The position numbers and the translations under genes are program-made. A model generated the notes under the pieces. It made no database searches. It was not told the origin of the DNA and worked only from the letters and a program-made list of their open reading frames with translations. Shown one piece after another: positions 1-10,718 of a stretch of 64,000 nt of DNA (position 1 is its first letter; every line of letters starts with the position of its first letter). Source of the DNA: Nannocystales bacterium (GTDB lineage Bacteria > Myxococcota_A > Polyangia > Nannocystales > Nannocystaceae); contig JBOEGF010000023.1 in assembly GCA_050633305.1 (NCBI GenBank), positions 128,001 through 192,000 of the forward strand. Reading direction: 5' to 3'.

Positions 1-309
1 CGAGCACGTCAAGAAGACGCCCGCACGAGACGGAACAATGGTGTCGAGAGCGACCTGAATCGGTGCGATCGCCAACCGCTCGCACAGTGTTTCCAACTCC
101 AGATCAAGCGGGCGTGACGCCGCGCAGCCCTCGTTTCCCAACGCCCGGCGGTCTGCGAGCGCAACCTTCGCGACATCGCGGAGAACCGCAAGGATGTTCG
201 GGCTACGAGCCGCTGCGCCCAGTATCGTTGACTCGCCGGACGTGAATCCATCCCAGGCGGTTGTGCAGACAACCATAGATTCGCCGCCGTGCGGTCATGG
301 CGGTTTCGA

Positions 310-993
310 ATGCGCACCGCCTGTTTCGTCGTCGGCAGCCTCCTTGGCCTCTTACTCCCGAGCGAGGCTCGAGCTCACGAGGATGAGGACCCGAGTCGAA
401 TCGTGCCGCGGTACTCGAGCCATCCCTACGCCAAGCACACGCCGGGGTATGTCCGACGCGTGCCCTGGGCGGAAGAGGACGGAGAGGATGCCAAGTTGTG
501 GTCGGTCCGCGTTGGCGGCGAAGGCGGGTATCTCGGCCGCCAGGGATGGAGGGCCGGGGGGCGCGCCCTGCTTCGGTATTGGCGGTTGGGGCTCGCCGTC
601 GACGCCCACCACTACAGCGGTTGGGGCGACCGAGAACCGTTCTACCTGGGCGGCGCGCACTGGACCCTCGACCTGATCCAGCGTCCGCACTTCGGACTGC
701 GCGTCGGGCCCGGCGTCCTCGCGCGGGCGAACGCAGAGCTCCCAGCCGGGGGCCGACCCAAGGTCGAGATCGGACAGAATGTGATGACCGAGGTCGACAT
801 CTTTCCTCTCCATCCTGTGGTCGCCAGCGGACGATTCGACGTGGGGCGGCTGGGTGATACGACAGCGGTCTCGGGGCGGGCCAGCCTCGGCGTGATGGTC
901 CGGCGACTCGAAGTCTCCTTGGCGTACGAGGTGAAGCTGATCGGAGAAACTCCGCTACGCGGGCCGCAGCTTGGGCTGCGCGTATGGTTCTGA
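310..993 (+). CDS. Hypothetical secreted protein, probable outer-membrane beta-barrel
   Basis: Signal peptide (MRTACFVVGSLLGLLLPSEARA), amphipathic strands, C-terminal LGLRVWF typical of OM barrels. Confidence 0.7.
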   Translation: MRTACFVVGSLLGLLLPSEARAHEDEDPSRIVPRYSSHPYAKHTPGYVRRVPWAEEDGEDAKLWSVRVGGEGGYLGRQGWRAGGRALLRYWRLGLAVDAHHYSGWGDREPFYLGGAHWTLDLIQRPHFGLRVGPGVLARANAELPAGGRPKVEIGQNVMTEVDIFPLHPVVASGRFDVGRLGDTTAVSGRASLGVMVRRLEVSLAYEVKLIGETPLRGPQLGLRVWF

Positions 994-1262
994 GCGGAGC
1001 CGGTTTGCGGATCCCGGACTCGACGGCAAAAAACAGGCCCAATGGGCACCGTGAAGCCACGCCGAGACGACGCGAAGCGACGCGCCTCGTGCGGTAGACC
1101 GAGGCCCGTCAGGGGACAGTCCAGAACAGCATGAGTTGCCGGGCGCACGGCCTCGCCGCGTTGGCCGAGCACCGTGAAGCTCGGCCGTCGTGGCCATCGG
1201 TCTTCGGGAGGCACGACACCAGCTCTGCGCCAAGCCGATTGACCTGCTCGTGACGAGTTGCT

Positions 1263-1751
1263 TCAACGCCACGCCTGTGGATCCGTCAGCTCTCGCTTCT
1301 CTCCTTCGAAGGCGTCGAACAGCGTGCGGTGAACCGCCAGAGACATCGGGCCGTCACGCGTCTCGTATCCGCGGACCCATTCGATCAGCATGGCGAGGTT
1401 GGCGTCCTGCGCTTCGGGCTCGTCGTACTTGTGCGGCTCGAACGGGCGAGCACGGCAGTGGCGAACGCACGCCTCGACGCCCGGGTTGAGAAAGACCAGC
1501 AGCTCAGCGTCCTGGGAAAGGCCCCGAAGAAGATCGGCGTAGCAACCTTCGACGACCCAGCCATCTTCGGGCAAGGCCGCCCGCAGCTTCCCCAAGGATT
1601 CTTCGACGGCTCGTCGCACCGGTGGGTCGGTCGGTCGCCATGCGTACGAATCGAGGTCGATGTGCGCGAGCCCATCACGCTTTGCGACGGACTTCGCGTA
1701 CGTCGACTTTCCCGAACCGGAGTTCCCGAGGATGAGGATGCGTCGTGGCAC
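1263..1751 (-). CDS. Adenylate/shikimate kinase-like P-loop NTPase (FlaR/topology-modulation-like)
   Basis: RILILGNSGSGKST Walker A, HIDLD, WVVEG motifs. Confidence 0.85.
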   Translation of the reverse strand: MPRRILILGNSGSGKSTYAKSVAKRDGLAHIDLDSYAWRPTDPPVRRAVEESLGKLRAALPEDGWVVEGCYADLLRGLSQDAELLVFLNPGVEACVRHCRARPFEPHKYDEPEAQDANLAMLIEWVRGYETRDGPMSLAVHRTLFDAFEGEKRELTDPQAWR

Positions 1752-1974
1752 GTCAGGTCAACCTAGCGCGGGTATGTCACCACCGCGATTCGGCCCTCCT
1801 CAGAGGGGGTCGAATTCGGCGAGATGTCATGGCCGCACCCCATTCCGTGCGAAGCGAAGCGGCAGCAACGGGCAGTTCGCGTGTGTGCTCTCCCATCTGC
1901 AAGACACTCGCCCGCGTGCGCACATTGCCGGGGCGGGGCAGGCGTGAGCGGTCGATGGTCTCGACGACGACCGG

Positions 1975-4329
1975 CTAGCCGCAGCTGAGCCCGCACACAC
2001 TGACCACTTCGCCCACGCAGATCGAGTCCCACGCGGTGTTGCAGCAGTACGGGTCCACGTTGCAGATCGCGCTCGTACAGCTGGGGGAGATCGGGGTGTC
2101 GCAGCCACCCGAGAGGCTTGTGCCGGTGCCACACACCGAGTGTGCGCAGCTTCCCACGCTGGCGTCACACTGCACCTGGTTACAGACCGACTGCACTTCG
2201 CCCACACAGATCGAGTCCCACGCGGTGTTGCAGCAGTACGGGTCCACGGCGCAGATCTCCGCAACGCACTCGTCGCAAGCCGGCTGCAAGGGCCCCCCTG
2301 TGTCGCACGTATCGTGAGCGGGTTGGCACGCTTGGACCTGCTGCACGACCAAGTCCGACAGCGAGGTGACCGGCGCAGCGTTACCGTCGGTCTCGATGAA
2401 CAACGCGATGGGAGCGTCATGACCGGTGCCGTCGAGCGTCACGCCGCCACCGTGGGTCGCACAAGGAACCCCGGTTTCGGATCCGTCGGCGAACATCAGC
2501 CCACAGCTGAGGTTCGCCTGATCCCCCTCCATCGAAACGTGCCACAGCCCGTCCGCCGTCAACGCAAGACCAGTCGCCACGAGCCGTTGCGACGGCTCAA
2601 GGCCTGCCGCGAAACCGCCGGTGTCTGAAGCGGTAAACGTGGCCGGCCGCGCGTCAGCGCCGAGGTCCTGTAGGTCCAGCAAGCCGTAGCTCATCCGTCG
2701 GTGCATGGTCTCGAACGCGCCTGGTTGCCCGTCGGGGACCAACAAGACCTGGCTGACCGATAGCTCCTGCGCGGCGCTTCCGGGTGCGGTCGCAATCGTG
2801 AGCGGTCCATCGATGTTGGCGTCTGAGATGAAGCTGCCAGACAAGACCTTGGACGCGTAGTTGCCCAACCAGTCCTCGTCTTGCCCAGTGAAGGTATGGG
2901 TGGCGACCACGGTACTCCCCATTCTCAGCTCAACCGTCGAAGGGAAGTCGTTGGTCCAAACCCGTACGGATGCGCGATACGGAAGACCCGTGTCGTTGGG
3001 CCGCAACGCGAGGCTTGTAGGCTCGGGCGTGGGAAACCGCATCGCCTCCTGGACCGCGTGGTCCAACCGCGAAAAACTGAGGCACCAGGGGCAATTCGAG
3101 GGCCGAAAACGCCAGGTGTCATGTTCGAGTTCGTCGAGGCTCAGGATGTCGCAAGACAGCCAGTATGCGAGGCGATAGGGGAATGAGTCGGGGTCAGAGC
3201 AGCTTGGCGGAACGAACTGGTCCACGAAGTGCTTCGTGACGCTGGGATGCATCGTCTGGATGCCGATACTCGTGTCGGGATCCGCACCAGCGACGTGGCA
3301 CAACTGACCCGAGATCGATCCCTGCGCGGTGGTCACGGGGCCGACGAGCTCCGGGTACGAGGACGCTTCCGTGCTCATGACTCCACTTCCGGAGGTCCCG
3401 TGGCACCCTCGAAGGTTTGTATTGACCACGACCGTGGTTGGTGGGAACAGAATCTTCCATCGGTCGAGGTAGTAGTCGGTCGAGAGAAGAGGGAGCATTT
3501 GGTGACGCTCCCCTGCGCCTCGGTAGTGGTAGTTCAACGCGAGAGCCTCGTTGGGATCAGCGCCCGCGCTGGAAGTGACTTTTTGGACGTAGTGCGTGTA
3601 GAAGTCCGATGCCAACGGCTCCATCTGAGGGGCTTCATACAGTTCGTGGTACCAGGGGAGTGCCACGCGGTCGCCTTCCGCGATCGCAGGTGCGACGTCG
3701 ACGTAGTCATGACGTGCACCGTCGAGGGCGTCGCACTCGAGGATACCAATGTCGAGTCTTTCGTTGACAAGGGGGACGGGGGCGATGTCCTCGGCTGCGA
3801 TATCGCAGTTGATTGGCGGAGATGCCCCCGGTCCCGTGTAGCAGCGGGACCGCACTTGGCAGAGATACCGATCGTAGAAGTAACCGGGTGCGTCGGCGTG
3901 GATATAGTCGGGGAACGTTCCCGTGATGGTCGGCGTAGGCGTAAAACCGGGGAGGACCCGAGGCGTACGTACCTCGACCTCGTCAAATTCAGACAGGCCC
4001 GGCAGGCAGTGTCCCGCGGTGACGGCAATGCGCGAGGACACGAACGTGACGCCGCACGTCCCCGAGAGGTCGTCCTCGGTTGGCGGATTCGCAGGGCCGG
4101 TCGCAGCGGGGCCGTCCAACCGGACGATGAGGTGGCCCGTGGAACGCATCGCGACCCCGGTGGCTTCACGTGGCCAAGTCTCCACATCGAAGTATTCGCC
4201 CTCGGCGGAGGTGAGTGCCCGGAAGACAGGGTCGAGGTCCGTGCCTACGTCCGAGACCTCATTGGCATCGTCGCAGGCGGTCGGAGCGAGCAGGAGTAGC
4301 GTGGGGAGGAGTCGGTCGAGGGGGCGCAT
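1975..4329 (-). CDS. Lipoprotein with trypsin-like (S1) protease domain and C-terminal Cys-rich repeats
   Basis: Lipobox LAPTAC; TCGVTFV..TAGHC (His), LDIGIL (Asp), GCHGTSGSG (Ser); two DPYCCNTAWDSICVGEV repeats. Confidence 0.8.
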   Translation of the reverse strand: MRPLDRLLPTLLLLAPTACDDANEVSDVGTDLDPVFRALTSAEGEYFDVETWPREATGVAMRSTGHLIVRLDGPAATGPANPPTEDDLSGTCGVTFVSSRIAVTAGHCLPGLSEFDEVEVRTPRVLPGFTPTPTITGTFPDYIHADAPGYFYDRYLCQVRSRCYTGPGASPPINCDIAAEDIAPVPLVNERLDIGILECDALDGARHDYVDVAPAIAEGDRVALPWYHELYEAPQMEPLASDFYTHYVQKVTSSAGADPNEALALNYHYRGAGERHQMLPLLSTDYYLDRWKILFPPTTVVVNTNLRGCHGTSGSGVMSTEASSYPELVGPVTTAQGSISGQLCHVAGADPDTSIGIQTMHPSVTKHFVDQFVPPSCSDPDSFPYRLAYWLSCDILSLDELEHDTWRFRPSNCPWCLSFSRLDHAVQEAMRFPTPEPTSLALRPNDTGLPYRASVRVWTNDFPSTVELRMGSTVVATHTFTGQDEDWLGNYASKVLSGSFISDANIDGPLTIATAPGSAAQELSVSQVLLVPDGQPGAFETMHRRMSYGLLDLQDLGADARPATFTASDTGGFAAGLEPSQRLVATGLALTADGLWHVSMEGDQANLSCGLMFADGSETGVPCATHGGGVTLDGTGHDAPIALFIETDGNAAPVTSLSDLVVQQVQACQPAHDTCDTGGPLQPACDECVAEICAVDPYCCNTAWDSICVGEVQSVCNQVQCDASVGSCAHSVCGTGTSLSGGCDTPISPSCTSAICNVDPYCCNTAWDSICVGEVVSVCGLSCG
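2005..2248. repeat. Intragenic 55-bp direct repeat (2005-2059 and 2194-2248) encoding a Cys-rich module
   Basis: The copies differ at one base and are 189 bp (63 codons) apart. Confidence 0.9.
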
Positions 4330-4373
4330 CTGATGAATCCGGTGCGCGGGTAGTTTCAGTTCGACCCAAAGCG

Positions 4374-4844
4374 TTACAGAGAGTATGGATTAACCGGTGG
4401 AAGGGCCCCATCTTTCCCACGCCGGAACAATCTTGGGAACACTGTGGGGTCGGCCGGTACGAACTCCGCGGCAATGACTCGACAGCGATTTCCCATCCTC
4501 GTCCTGGGTCCCCTACTCGCCGCCGTGTTCGCGTCGCCGGTCTCCGCGGCAGACAGTTGTTCATGAGGCGAATGGACCGTCGCGCAAGAGAGTTGGTCGG
4601 ATTGGGATACGCTGACCGACGTCCTCGCAAGACCTTGGAGCTCGAAGAAGACGTCCACCGCGCGTCCTCGGTCATCGCGGATATGCACGCCCCAACAGCG
4701 CACGTCCCCCATCGGCGCAGTGTTTCGGCGCAAGCGGAACAACTCTCGCCCTTCCCGAGCGCTCACCTCCAGGTTGCCCCGCAGCGGCTCCTCACAGCCA
4801 CGATAGACGAGCAATGCACCACACCACCATCCAGCCCGGCGCAC
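4374..4844 (-). CDS. Possible small hypothetical protein
   Basis: Open frame filling the gap, GTG start and hydrophobic N-terminus; no motif recognised. Confidence 0.25.
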   Translation of the reverse strand: MRRAGWWCGALLVYRGCEEPLRGNLEVSAREGRELFRLRRNTAPMGDVRCWGVHIRDDRGRAVDVFFELQGLARTSVSVSQSDQLSCATVHSPHEQLSAAETGDANTAASRGPRTRMGNRCRVIAAEFVPADPTVFPRLFRRGKDGALPPVNPYSL

Positions 4845-4929
4845 ATTCTTGGCGCACGCGGCCCGAGGGCCACCGGGTAGAGCGAACACCCTCATCCAAC
4901 GACTCGGAGCACTCAAACTCGACTTCGTG

Positions 4930-4974
4930 GAAAAAAACGAACGCGGATGTCTCCGTTTTCCTTCGCCGCTCCAA
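4930..4974 (+). promoter_or_regulatory. Putative ECF promoter type B: GA7-N10-TGTCTCCG-N15-CCAA
   Basis: Ends 9 nt before the S8 start codon; same motif and spacing at 12030-12076 (-). Confidence 0.65.
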
Positions 4975-4983
4975 GAAGTCACC

Positions 4984-7080
4984 GTGACGCTCGCGACCTC
5001 GCTTCGCCGACGCATCCTCTTGGTCCTGCTCTCGCTGGCCGGCGGCTGCGGGACCACCCATGACCCGCGGCCCGAGTTCCTCGAGGAGCGAGCCGCGGAG
5101 ACGCCCACGAGGTTGGCGGACGCGTGTTGGGGCCTGCGCCTGGCGGCCCCGGAAGAATCGTGCGTGGAGACGCTTCCTGGCTGGACGCTTCACGGGACAC
5201 GCATGTTCGTCGACGGCTCCGCCGGCCTCGCGCAACGGCAGCTCGGAGACGCGGAGGTTCCCGAGCGCCTTTCGGGTTTCTGCCTGTATCGCTCGACCGC
5301 GGAACCGGGCGAGGAACTTCTTCCCCCAGAGCATGGCGCGCTCGACTGCCCCGCGGTCGAGCCTCAGGGCAGCGCGTGGAGCGAAGCGCTGCGGGGCAAG
5401 CTCGCGCAGGCATTCGAAACCCAGGCTGGCGCCGTTTCCCCCCAGACCGACACGGGTGCGTTCGCGGTGACCGTCAGCGTCGTCGATGCAGCATCGGGCG
5501 ATGCGAGCACGGTTCCCCGCATTCAGCACGCCGATGCGATGGGCGCGATCATCAAGACTCTCGCCTGCCCGCAGGACACAACGTGTGCCGTCTCCGTCAC
5601 CAACGCGCTCGCGCTGCCGCTCGCCGCCGACGGCTCGCTCGTCGACCCGGGTGGAGCCGAATACGGCACGCGAGCCCACGTCGCGCTGGGCATTTTCGAC
5701 GCGGTGACGGCCTGGCGCCGTAGTCTGCAAGACGGACCGCCTTCGCGACTGGTCCTCAACCTCTCGCTGGGCTGGGCGACCGACCCCGCGACGAACTGCA
5801 TCGCCGGTGCAGCCTGCGGCTGTACCGAAGCCCAACCGTGGTGTGACGCCACCTCCCACGTGGAGGACTTCTCTGCATTCGTCGACCTCGGCCCATCGGC
5901 TGCGACGCCTCCCTACCCCGTTCGCCTCGCCACCGAGGCGGTCCACGGCGCACTCCTGTACGCGTCGTGCCAAGGTGCCCTCATCCTCGCCAGCGCGGGC
6001 AACACGAAGGACGGCTCCTGCAACGCAACGTCGATGGCACCGGCGGGCTGGGCGAGCCTCGCCGCCCCCACACCGCTGCAATGCATGGAGATGGGATTCG
6101 ATCCGCCGGCCAGCCTGCCGTCGCAATGGCAGCTTCACGAAGCCAATGCGCCCCTGGTCATCCCCGTCGCAGCCGTCGATCATCACGACCATCCGATCGC
6201 GCGTACCCGCCCCGGGTCCCTCACCCGCCTGGTTGCACCCGGCTATCACGCCCTCGCCGACGGCGAGGCGCCACTCGAGCTCGACCCGATCACCGGGACG
6301 TCGGCATCGGCGGCCACCGTCGCAGCAGGCGCAGCGTTGCTGTGGTCCCATGATCCCACCCTCGGCCCACGCGCGGTCCTCGAAACGCTCTACGGGAGCG
6401 GGCACCCCCTCGACTCCATCGCGCAGCTTCCCGAGTACGGCAGCGAGCCCGAGAAGGCCGTGCGCCGGGTCTCGCTCTGTGCGGCCCTGGAGACCCTAGA
6501 CCCCGATCTGCATGCATGCCCGGACGAATCCGCGCCCGCCGATGCGCTCGACGAGCTGCACGCAGCCGCCGTGACGGTGGGTGACGCAAACGAGGGGGCC
6601 GAGCATGCACCCCAGGTGCTGCCATCGTTCGCGTGTTCGAGCTGCGGACGTACGCGGAACGTGCACGCCACCGAGGGCGACGAACTTCCCGTCGACACGT
6701 ACCTGCTTTGGAGCTGCTCGACGCCCGACGACGAGCGTCCGCTGCTGGCCGGACCACAGCCTGACCTTCCCGTATGTCCGGAGTGCCCGCTTCGCGTCTC
6801 CGGACTCGACGGGGTCGCCCACCTCGCGCTCAACTCGGCCTACGATCCGACGCTCATCGTCGGCGGGTGGCTCGAGATTCGCTACGACCCGCGCGACGAT
6901 CCGCGAACGACGGTGGTCGACCTCGCCTCGGTGCTCGACGCGCTCGCGCAAGGCCCCGTGAAGGTGCCGCTGAACCTCTCGCATCCGGTGCGAGACGTAC
7001 GGATGGGGCTGCGGTTCTCCGACGGTGGCCCGACCTCTTACATGCGCAGCAACGCCTTGCTCATTCACGGGGGGCGATGA
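4984..7080 (+). CDS. S8 (subtilisin-like) serine peptidase lipoprotein
   Basis: Lipobox LAGGC; VSVVD, HADAMG, LNLSLG, ASAGN, ITGTSAS catalytic motifs. Confidence 0.85.
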   Translation: MTLATSLRRRILLVLLSLAGGCGTTHDPRPEFLEERAAETPTRLADACWGLRLAAPEESCVETLPGWTLHGTRMFVDGSAGLAQRQLGDAEVPERLSGFCLYRSTAEPGEELLPPEHGALDCPAVEPQGSAWSEALRGKLAQAFETQAGAVSPQTDTGAFAVTVSVVDAASGDASTVPRIQHADAMGAIIKTLACPQDTTCAVSVTNALALPLAADGSLVDPGGAEYGTRAHVALGIFDAVTAWRRSLQDGPPSRLVLNLSLGWATDPATNCIAGAACGCTEAQPWCDATSHVEDFSAFVDLGPSAATPPYPVRLATEAVHGALLYASCQGALILASAGNTKDGSCNATSMAPAGWASLAAPTPLQCMEMGFDPPASLPSQWQLHEANAPLVIPVAAVDHHDHPIARTRPGSLTRLVAPGYHALADGEAPLELDPITGTSASAATVAAGAALLWSHDPTLGPRAVLETLYGSGHPLDSIAQLPEYGSEPEKAVRRVSLCAALETLDPDLHACPDESAPADALDELHAAAVTVGDANEGAEHAPQVLPSFACSSCGRTRNVHATEGDELPVDTYLLWSCSTPDDERPLLAGPQPDLPVCPECPLRVSGLDGVAHLALNSAYDPTLIVGGWLEIRYDPRDDPRTTVVDLASVLDALAQGPVKVPLNLSHPVRDVRMGLRFSDGGPTSYMRSNALLIHGGR

Positions 7081-7087
7081 TCCGTGG

Positions 7088-9970
7088 TCAGGGCCGAAGC
7101 ACGCGAAGCCTCCACCAGTCCCCATCTCGCTCGGCCAGGCGCGCATGCTTGAGCTGCTGGTGGACGTCCGTCGATGCTGGAATGCCGGCGTCGTAGATCC
7201 GGCCGGCCATGCGCTCGGCGAACGCATCGTCGAGTCGGCCGTCGGAGGCCACGACCGTGTCCGACCCCGCGAGGATGAACGCGCGGGCGAGGCTCATGCC
7301 GCCGCCGAGCGTATGTACAGATGCCGGCGTCGCCTCGCACGCGAGCAGCAGTGCGACCTCGGGCACCGACGGAAGCGCGAGAATGTCGCGCGGGTTCAGC
7401 TCCCCTTCGGCACTGAGCTGAAGGCGGCTGCCCCAGCCTTCGAGACCCGACCGACGACCATGCCCGGCGTAGTGGAGCAGCCCGGCATCAGCGAGACCCT
7501 TGCGCACGCTTTGGGCCGTGGCCTGCTCACGCAGGAGTAACTCGACGTCCCACCCCTGCGCCGTCAGGGACGAGGCGACCGACCGGGCCTCCCGCTCCGC
7601 GCCCACGAGATCGCCATGGGGCGCGCCTACGACGAGCGCCCGCCGCGGCTGGGGCGAGGCCTCGGCACCGTCGGCCCGAGGAAGGTCCAATCCGACGGTC
7701 ACCGCCGCGTGCTCGAGCAACACCCCGTCGCGCCACGGCAGGGCGGCAAACGGAACCGACCACAGCCGGCCTACCGGGAGCACCTCCACGTGCTCCGCTG
7801 GTTCGAGCGCGTCGGCCAACGGATCGAGCAGCGCCCTCGACCACGCCTGCACAGTCGGCGCGGCGCCCGGGATCGAGACCGGCGCGGTCGCGAGGACGCC
7901 CGACGCACCGAACGCAAATCCCATCCAGCGGCCGTTCGGGCCATCTTCGAGAGGAAAGTACAGCACGTGGACGGAACCCGGCGCCGGCCTCGGGCGAGCT
8001 TCACACGCCCCTTGCCACGAGGTCCGCCTCCGACCTGCTGCCAGCACGTCGAAGGCTGCGCGCGTGGTCTCCTCGAGCTGCGTGCGGGCCGTCGCGACCT
8101 TGGCTCGGTGGGCCTCCACCTCGTCGCGGGGCACCGCCCACGCCTCCTGCTGCAACGCATCCAACGCGTCGCGCTGCTTCGATACGCGACCCAGCGCAGC
8201 ACTCCATGCACGACGCCCCTCGACGGACAACGAGCCGACGAGCACCGTGCGGTCCAACAAGTGGTCCATCCGGCTGCGAGCGGTCCGGGCGACACACAGC
8301 GCCTCCTGTGGCTGCCCCTGCTCGACCAGCAACGCGATGAGCCGCGCAGCGCTGGGCTGCCGTCCCAGCAGCAGACCTTCGCGCGCCACGTCGAGATCGA
8401 GCCGACGAACGAGCCCAGACACCGCGGCTTCCGCTCGACGATACGATGCGATCGCGTCTTCGGTCCGCCCCAGAACCTCCCACGCTCGACCACGCCAGTC
8501 ATGCGAGCGCCATCGCTCTGCGGGAGGCCGCGGATCGGACAGCCGTGCAGGGTGCCGCAGTAGCCACTCCCGAAGGGCCCCTGCCTCGCCCTCTTGAAGC
8601 AGCAGTCGCAGTTCGAGGAGCTCGTGCCACCCGCGAACCGAGGCCCCACCCGGTCCGGCCCCGGGCGGGTGCAATCGCTCGAATCGAGCCCGCGCTTCCC
8701 CTGTCCGGCCACCCTCGAGCGCGGCAAAGACGAGGTTGATGCCGACGACCGCCTCCAGCGCTGCATCCCCACAGGGGTCGTCGGGGTCCGACCGCCCGTT
8801 CAACAGCATCTCGACGTCGTACAACTCGGACGACGGGTCTCCGATCGCGACCCCTTGCTCGCCGATCTGGAGTCGTGCCCACGCCGCGCTGTTGAGGACC
8901 CGCAGCCAGTCGCGACAACGTGGAATCGGCAGCTCGCCGACGCGGTCCAGAAGCGCTTCGACGTCCTGAGTCCGGTGCAGGCTTGCCAGCGCGACAGCGC
9001 GTTGCGGCAGGCTCGCAACCCCGTACGTCCGACGACGATCATGGCGCGCCCCGCGTTCGACGTCTTCGTATGCCTGCAGCGCGGCTCCGAGGTCGCCCAG
9101 CTTCTGCGCGTGAAGGCCCCGGTGGTAGGCATTCGCGACACGGGCAGGTCCAGAGAGGCCGTCCCGGGGGACGAGCCTGTCTTGCCAAGGCTCGGCGCCC
9201 TCGGGGTCGTCGAGGTAGAACGACGCCGTGAACGACGCCCGGCGGGCGATGCAGCTCGCGCGCACGGGGTCGCCGAATGCCGATAGCTGCGCAAAGGCTT
9301 CGCTCGAATCGTCCAGCGCGCGTCGGTACGCCCGCTCGCGCTGCGTGGGGTCGTCGAATCGCGCGGCCTCCAGCATGGCGTGTTCGGTCAGCAGCTCGAG
9401 CGCGACGACCCGATGCGGGCCCTCGAGGCTCTCGAGAGCCTCACGCAGCGCCGCCCACGGCGGGGGAACCGAAGCGTCCCGGAGCGCGATGCGAGCCTGC
9501 TGGATGAGCCGAGGCTCCACCGGATACGGCTCGAGCTCGATCGACCATGATGCCATGCTGCGTCCCACTTCCCGCAGTTCGAGTCGCCCGCCCTGCGCCG
9601 TGGCGTCGAGCGTCCACTCGAGTTCATCGCCGACCCGCTGCGACGGGACACGGACCCGCGCTCCGTCGAGGTGCCACGACCACCCGTGATCCGCCGGCGC
9701 ACGCAGCCGAAGAGCGTTCGACACCGGGTCGATGACATGCTCGGACTCGCAACGCGTCGGGGGGCCCGCGGCGGGAAGGATGCAACGCGACGGGCCGTCT
9801 CGCAGCACGCACCCTTCGACCTCCACCATCACCGCGGCCGGTGGCCCCATGTCTGCAGAGGATGGAGCCCTGAGCGTGTCGCATCCGACAGCGAAGTACA
9901 CGACCGCCGAGGCAGCCCAACGAAGGCTGGGCAGGGTCGGGTCGTGCGGTCGCCGTCGGGTGGAGCCCAC
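7088..9970 (-). CDS. TPR-CHAT (caspase-like C14) protease, probable lipoprotein
   Basis: C-terminal LHYAGHG and LLACEA dyad motifs, LARAFILAG, VPFAAL; helical middle region; FAVGC after GTG at 9970. Start uncertain. Confidence 0.88.
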   Translation of the reverse strand: MGSTRRRPHDPTLPSLRWAASAVVYFAVGCDTLRAPSSADMGPPAAVMVEVEGCVLRDGPSRCILPAAGPPTRCESEHVIDPVSNALRLRAPADHGWSWHLDGARVRVPSQRVGDELEWTLDATAQGGRLELREVGRSMASWSIELEPYPVEPRLIQQARIALRDASVPPPWAALREALESLEGPHRVVALELLTEHAMLEAARFDDPTQRERAYRRALDDSSEAFAQLSAFGDPVRASCIARRASFTASFYLDDPEGAEPWQDRLVPRDGLSGPARVANAYHRGLHAQKLGDLGAALQAYEDVERGARHDRRRTYGVASLPQRAVALASLHRTQDVEALLDRVGELPIPRCRDWLRVLNSAAWARLQIGEQGVAIGDPSSELYDVEMLLNGRSDPDDPCGDAALEAVVGINLVFAALEGGRTGEARARFERLHPPGAGPGGASVRGWHELLELRLLLQEGEAGALREWLLRHPARLSDPRPPAERWRSHDWRGRAWEVLGRTEDAIASYRRAEAAVSGLVRRLDLDVAREGLLLGRQPSAARLIALLVEQGQPQEALCVARTARSRMDHLLDRTVLVGSLSVEGRRAWSAALGRVSKQRDALDALQQEAWAVPRDEVEAHRAKVATARTQLEETTRAAFDVLAAGRRRTSWQGACEARPRPAPGSVHVLYFPLEDGPNGRWMGFAFGASGVLATAPVSIPGAAPTVQAWSRALLDPLADALEPAEHVEVLPVGRLWSVPFAALPWRDGVLLEHAAVTVGLDLPRADGAEASPQPRRALVVGAPHGDLVGAEREARSVASSLTAQGWDVELLLREQATAQSVRKGLADAGLLHYAGHGRRSGLEGWGSRLQLSAEGELNPRDILALPSVPEVALLLACEATPASVHTLGGGMSLARAFILAGSDTVVASDGRLDDAFAERMAGRIYDAGIPASTDVHQQLKHARLAERDGDWWRLRVLRP

Positions 9971-9980
9971 CCGTGCGACT

Positions 9981-10718
9981 TTAGGGTGCGGGTCTCTCGA
10001 TGACGACCCTGCGCTGGGCCGCAGCCCGAACGCCCGCTGGCCGGCTTCCCTCATCGTCGACGGCACACGGGTTCTCGAGCGACGCGAGCACGTCCGAGGA
10101 GCCCACCAGCAGCGTCAGCGTCCACGTGCCCGGCGGCAGGTCCAGCAACACATCCGCGGGACCCATCACCTCGACCGCGCCCGAGGGTTCGATTCGCAGC
10201 TCCTCCGCCAGCGCGAGACATCGTTTGCTCGGACCGCTTGCATCCACGCGTACCCCGATCGTGGACTCCACGGCGTGTGCCGGAGCCACCCGCCAACGAA
10301 GCAGGGCGCCGTCGCGAAAGCGCGGGACCTCCCCGTCGGCAAACGCCGCTTCCTCACGCGTTCCGCGGATGCCCCCGTCGAACGAGACCTCCTCGTACTG
10401 CGGGATCAGCTGGGACGAAGCTGGCTGGTCACGCTGCCACGCAAAGAACAACAACGCCGACGCCGCGACGGCGAGCATGGGGGCCCAGAGGCGAGTCAAC
10501 GTCGCCGCGTTCGATGCGGGCGCGGCGTCGTCCTCGTCCTCGTCCTCGTCCTCCAGCTGATCGAGCACCAGCGCAGCCAGCTGCGCGTCCTCGTCGCCCC
10601 GCGACGGCATGGCCGCATCGGAGTCTTCGAGACGGCGGCGAGTGTTGTCCTCCCAGTTCGTCCTCGCGCGGCGTCCCAGCTCCGAGAGCAGCGAGTCCTC
10701 GTGGCGCTCATGCGTCAT
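9981..10718 (-). CDS. Putative membrane-anchored anti-sigma factor
   Basis: ATGA overlap with the ECF gene; acidic N-terminal part, single TM (LWAPMLAVAASALLFFAW), beta-rich C-terminal domain. Confidence 0.65.
   Translation of the reverse strand: MTHERHEDSLLSELGRRARTNWEDNTRRRLEDSDAAMPSRGDEDAQLAALVLDQLEDEDEDEDDAAPASNAATLTRLWAPMLAVAASALLFFAWQRDQPASSQLIPQYEEVSFDGGIRGTREEAAFADGEVPRFRDGALLRWRVAPAHAVESTIGVRVDASGPSKRCLALAEELRIEPSGAVEVMGPADVLLDLPPGTWTLTLLVGSSDVLASLENPCAVDDEGSRPAGVRAAAQRRVVIERPAP

Noticed and set aside
2005..2248. 55-bp repeat as a CRISPR or mobile element
   Set aside because: Only two in-frame copies inside a CDS; no array or cas genes.
7088..9970. CHAT protease as part of a type III-E CRISPR system
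   Set aside because: No Cas7-11, array or other cas genes in the window.
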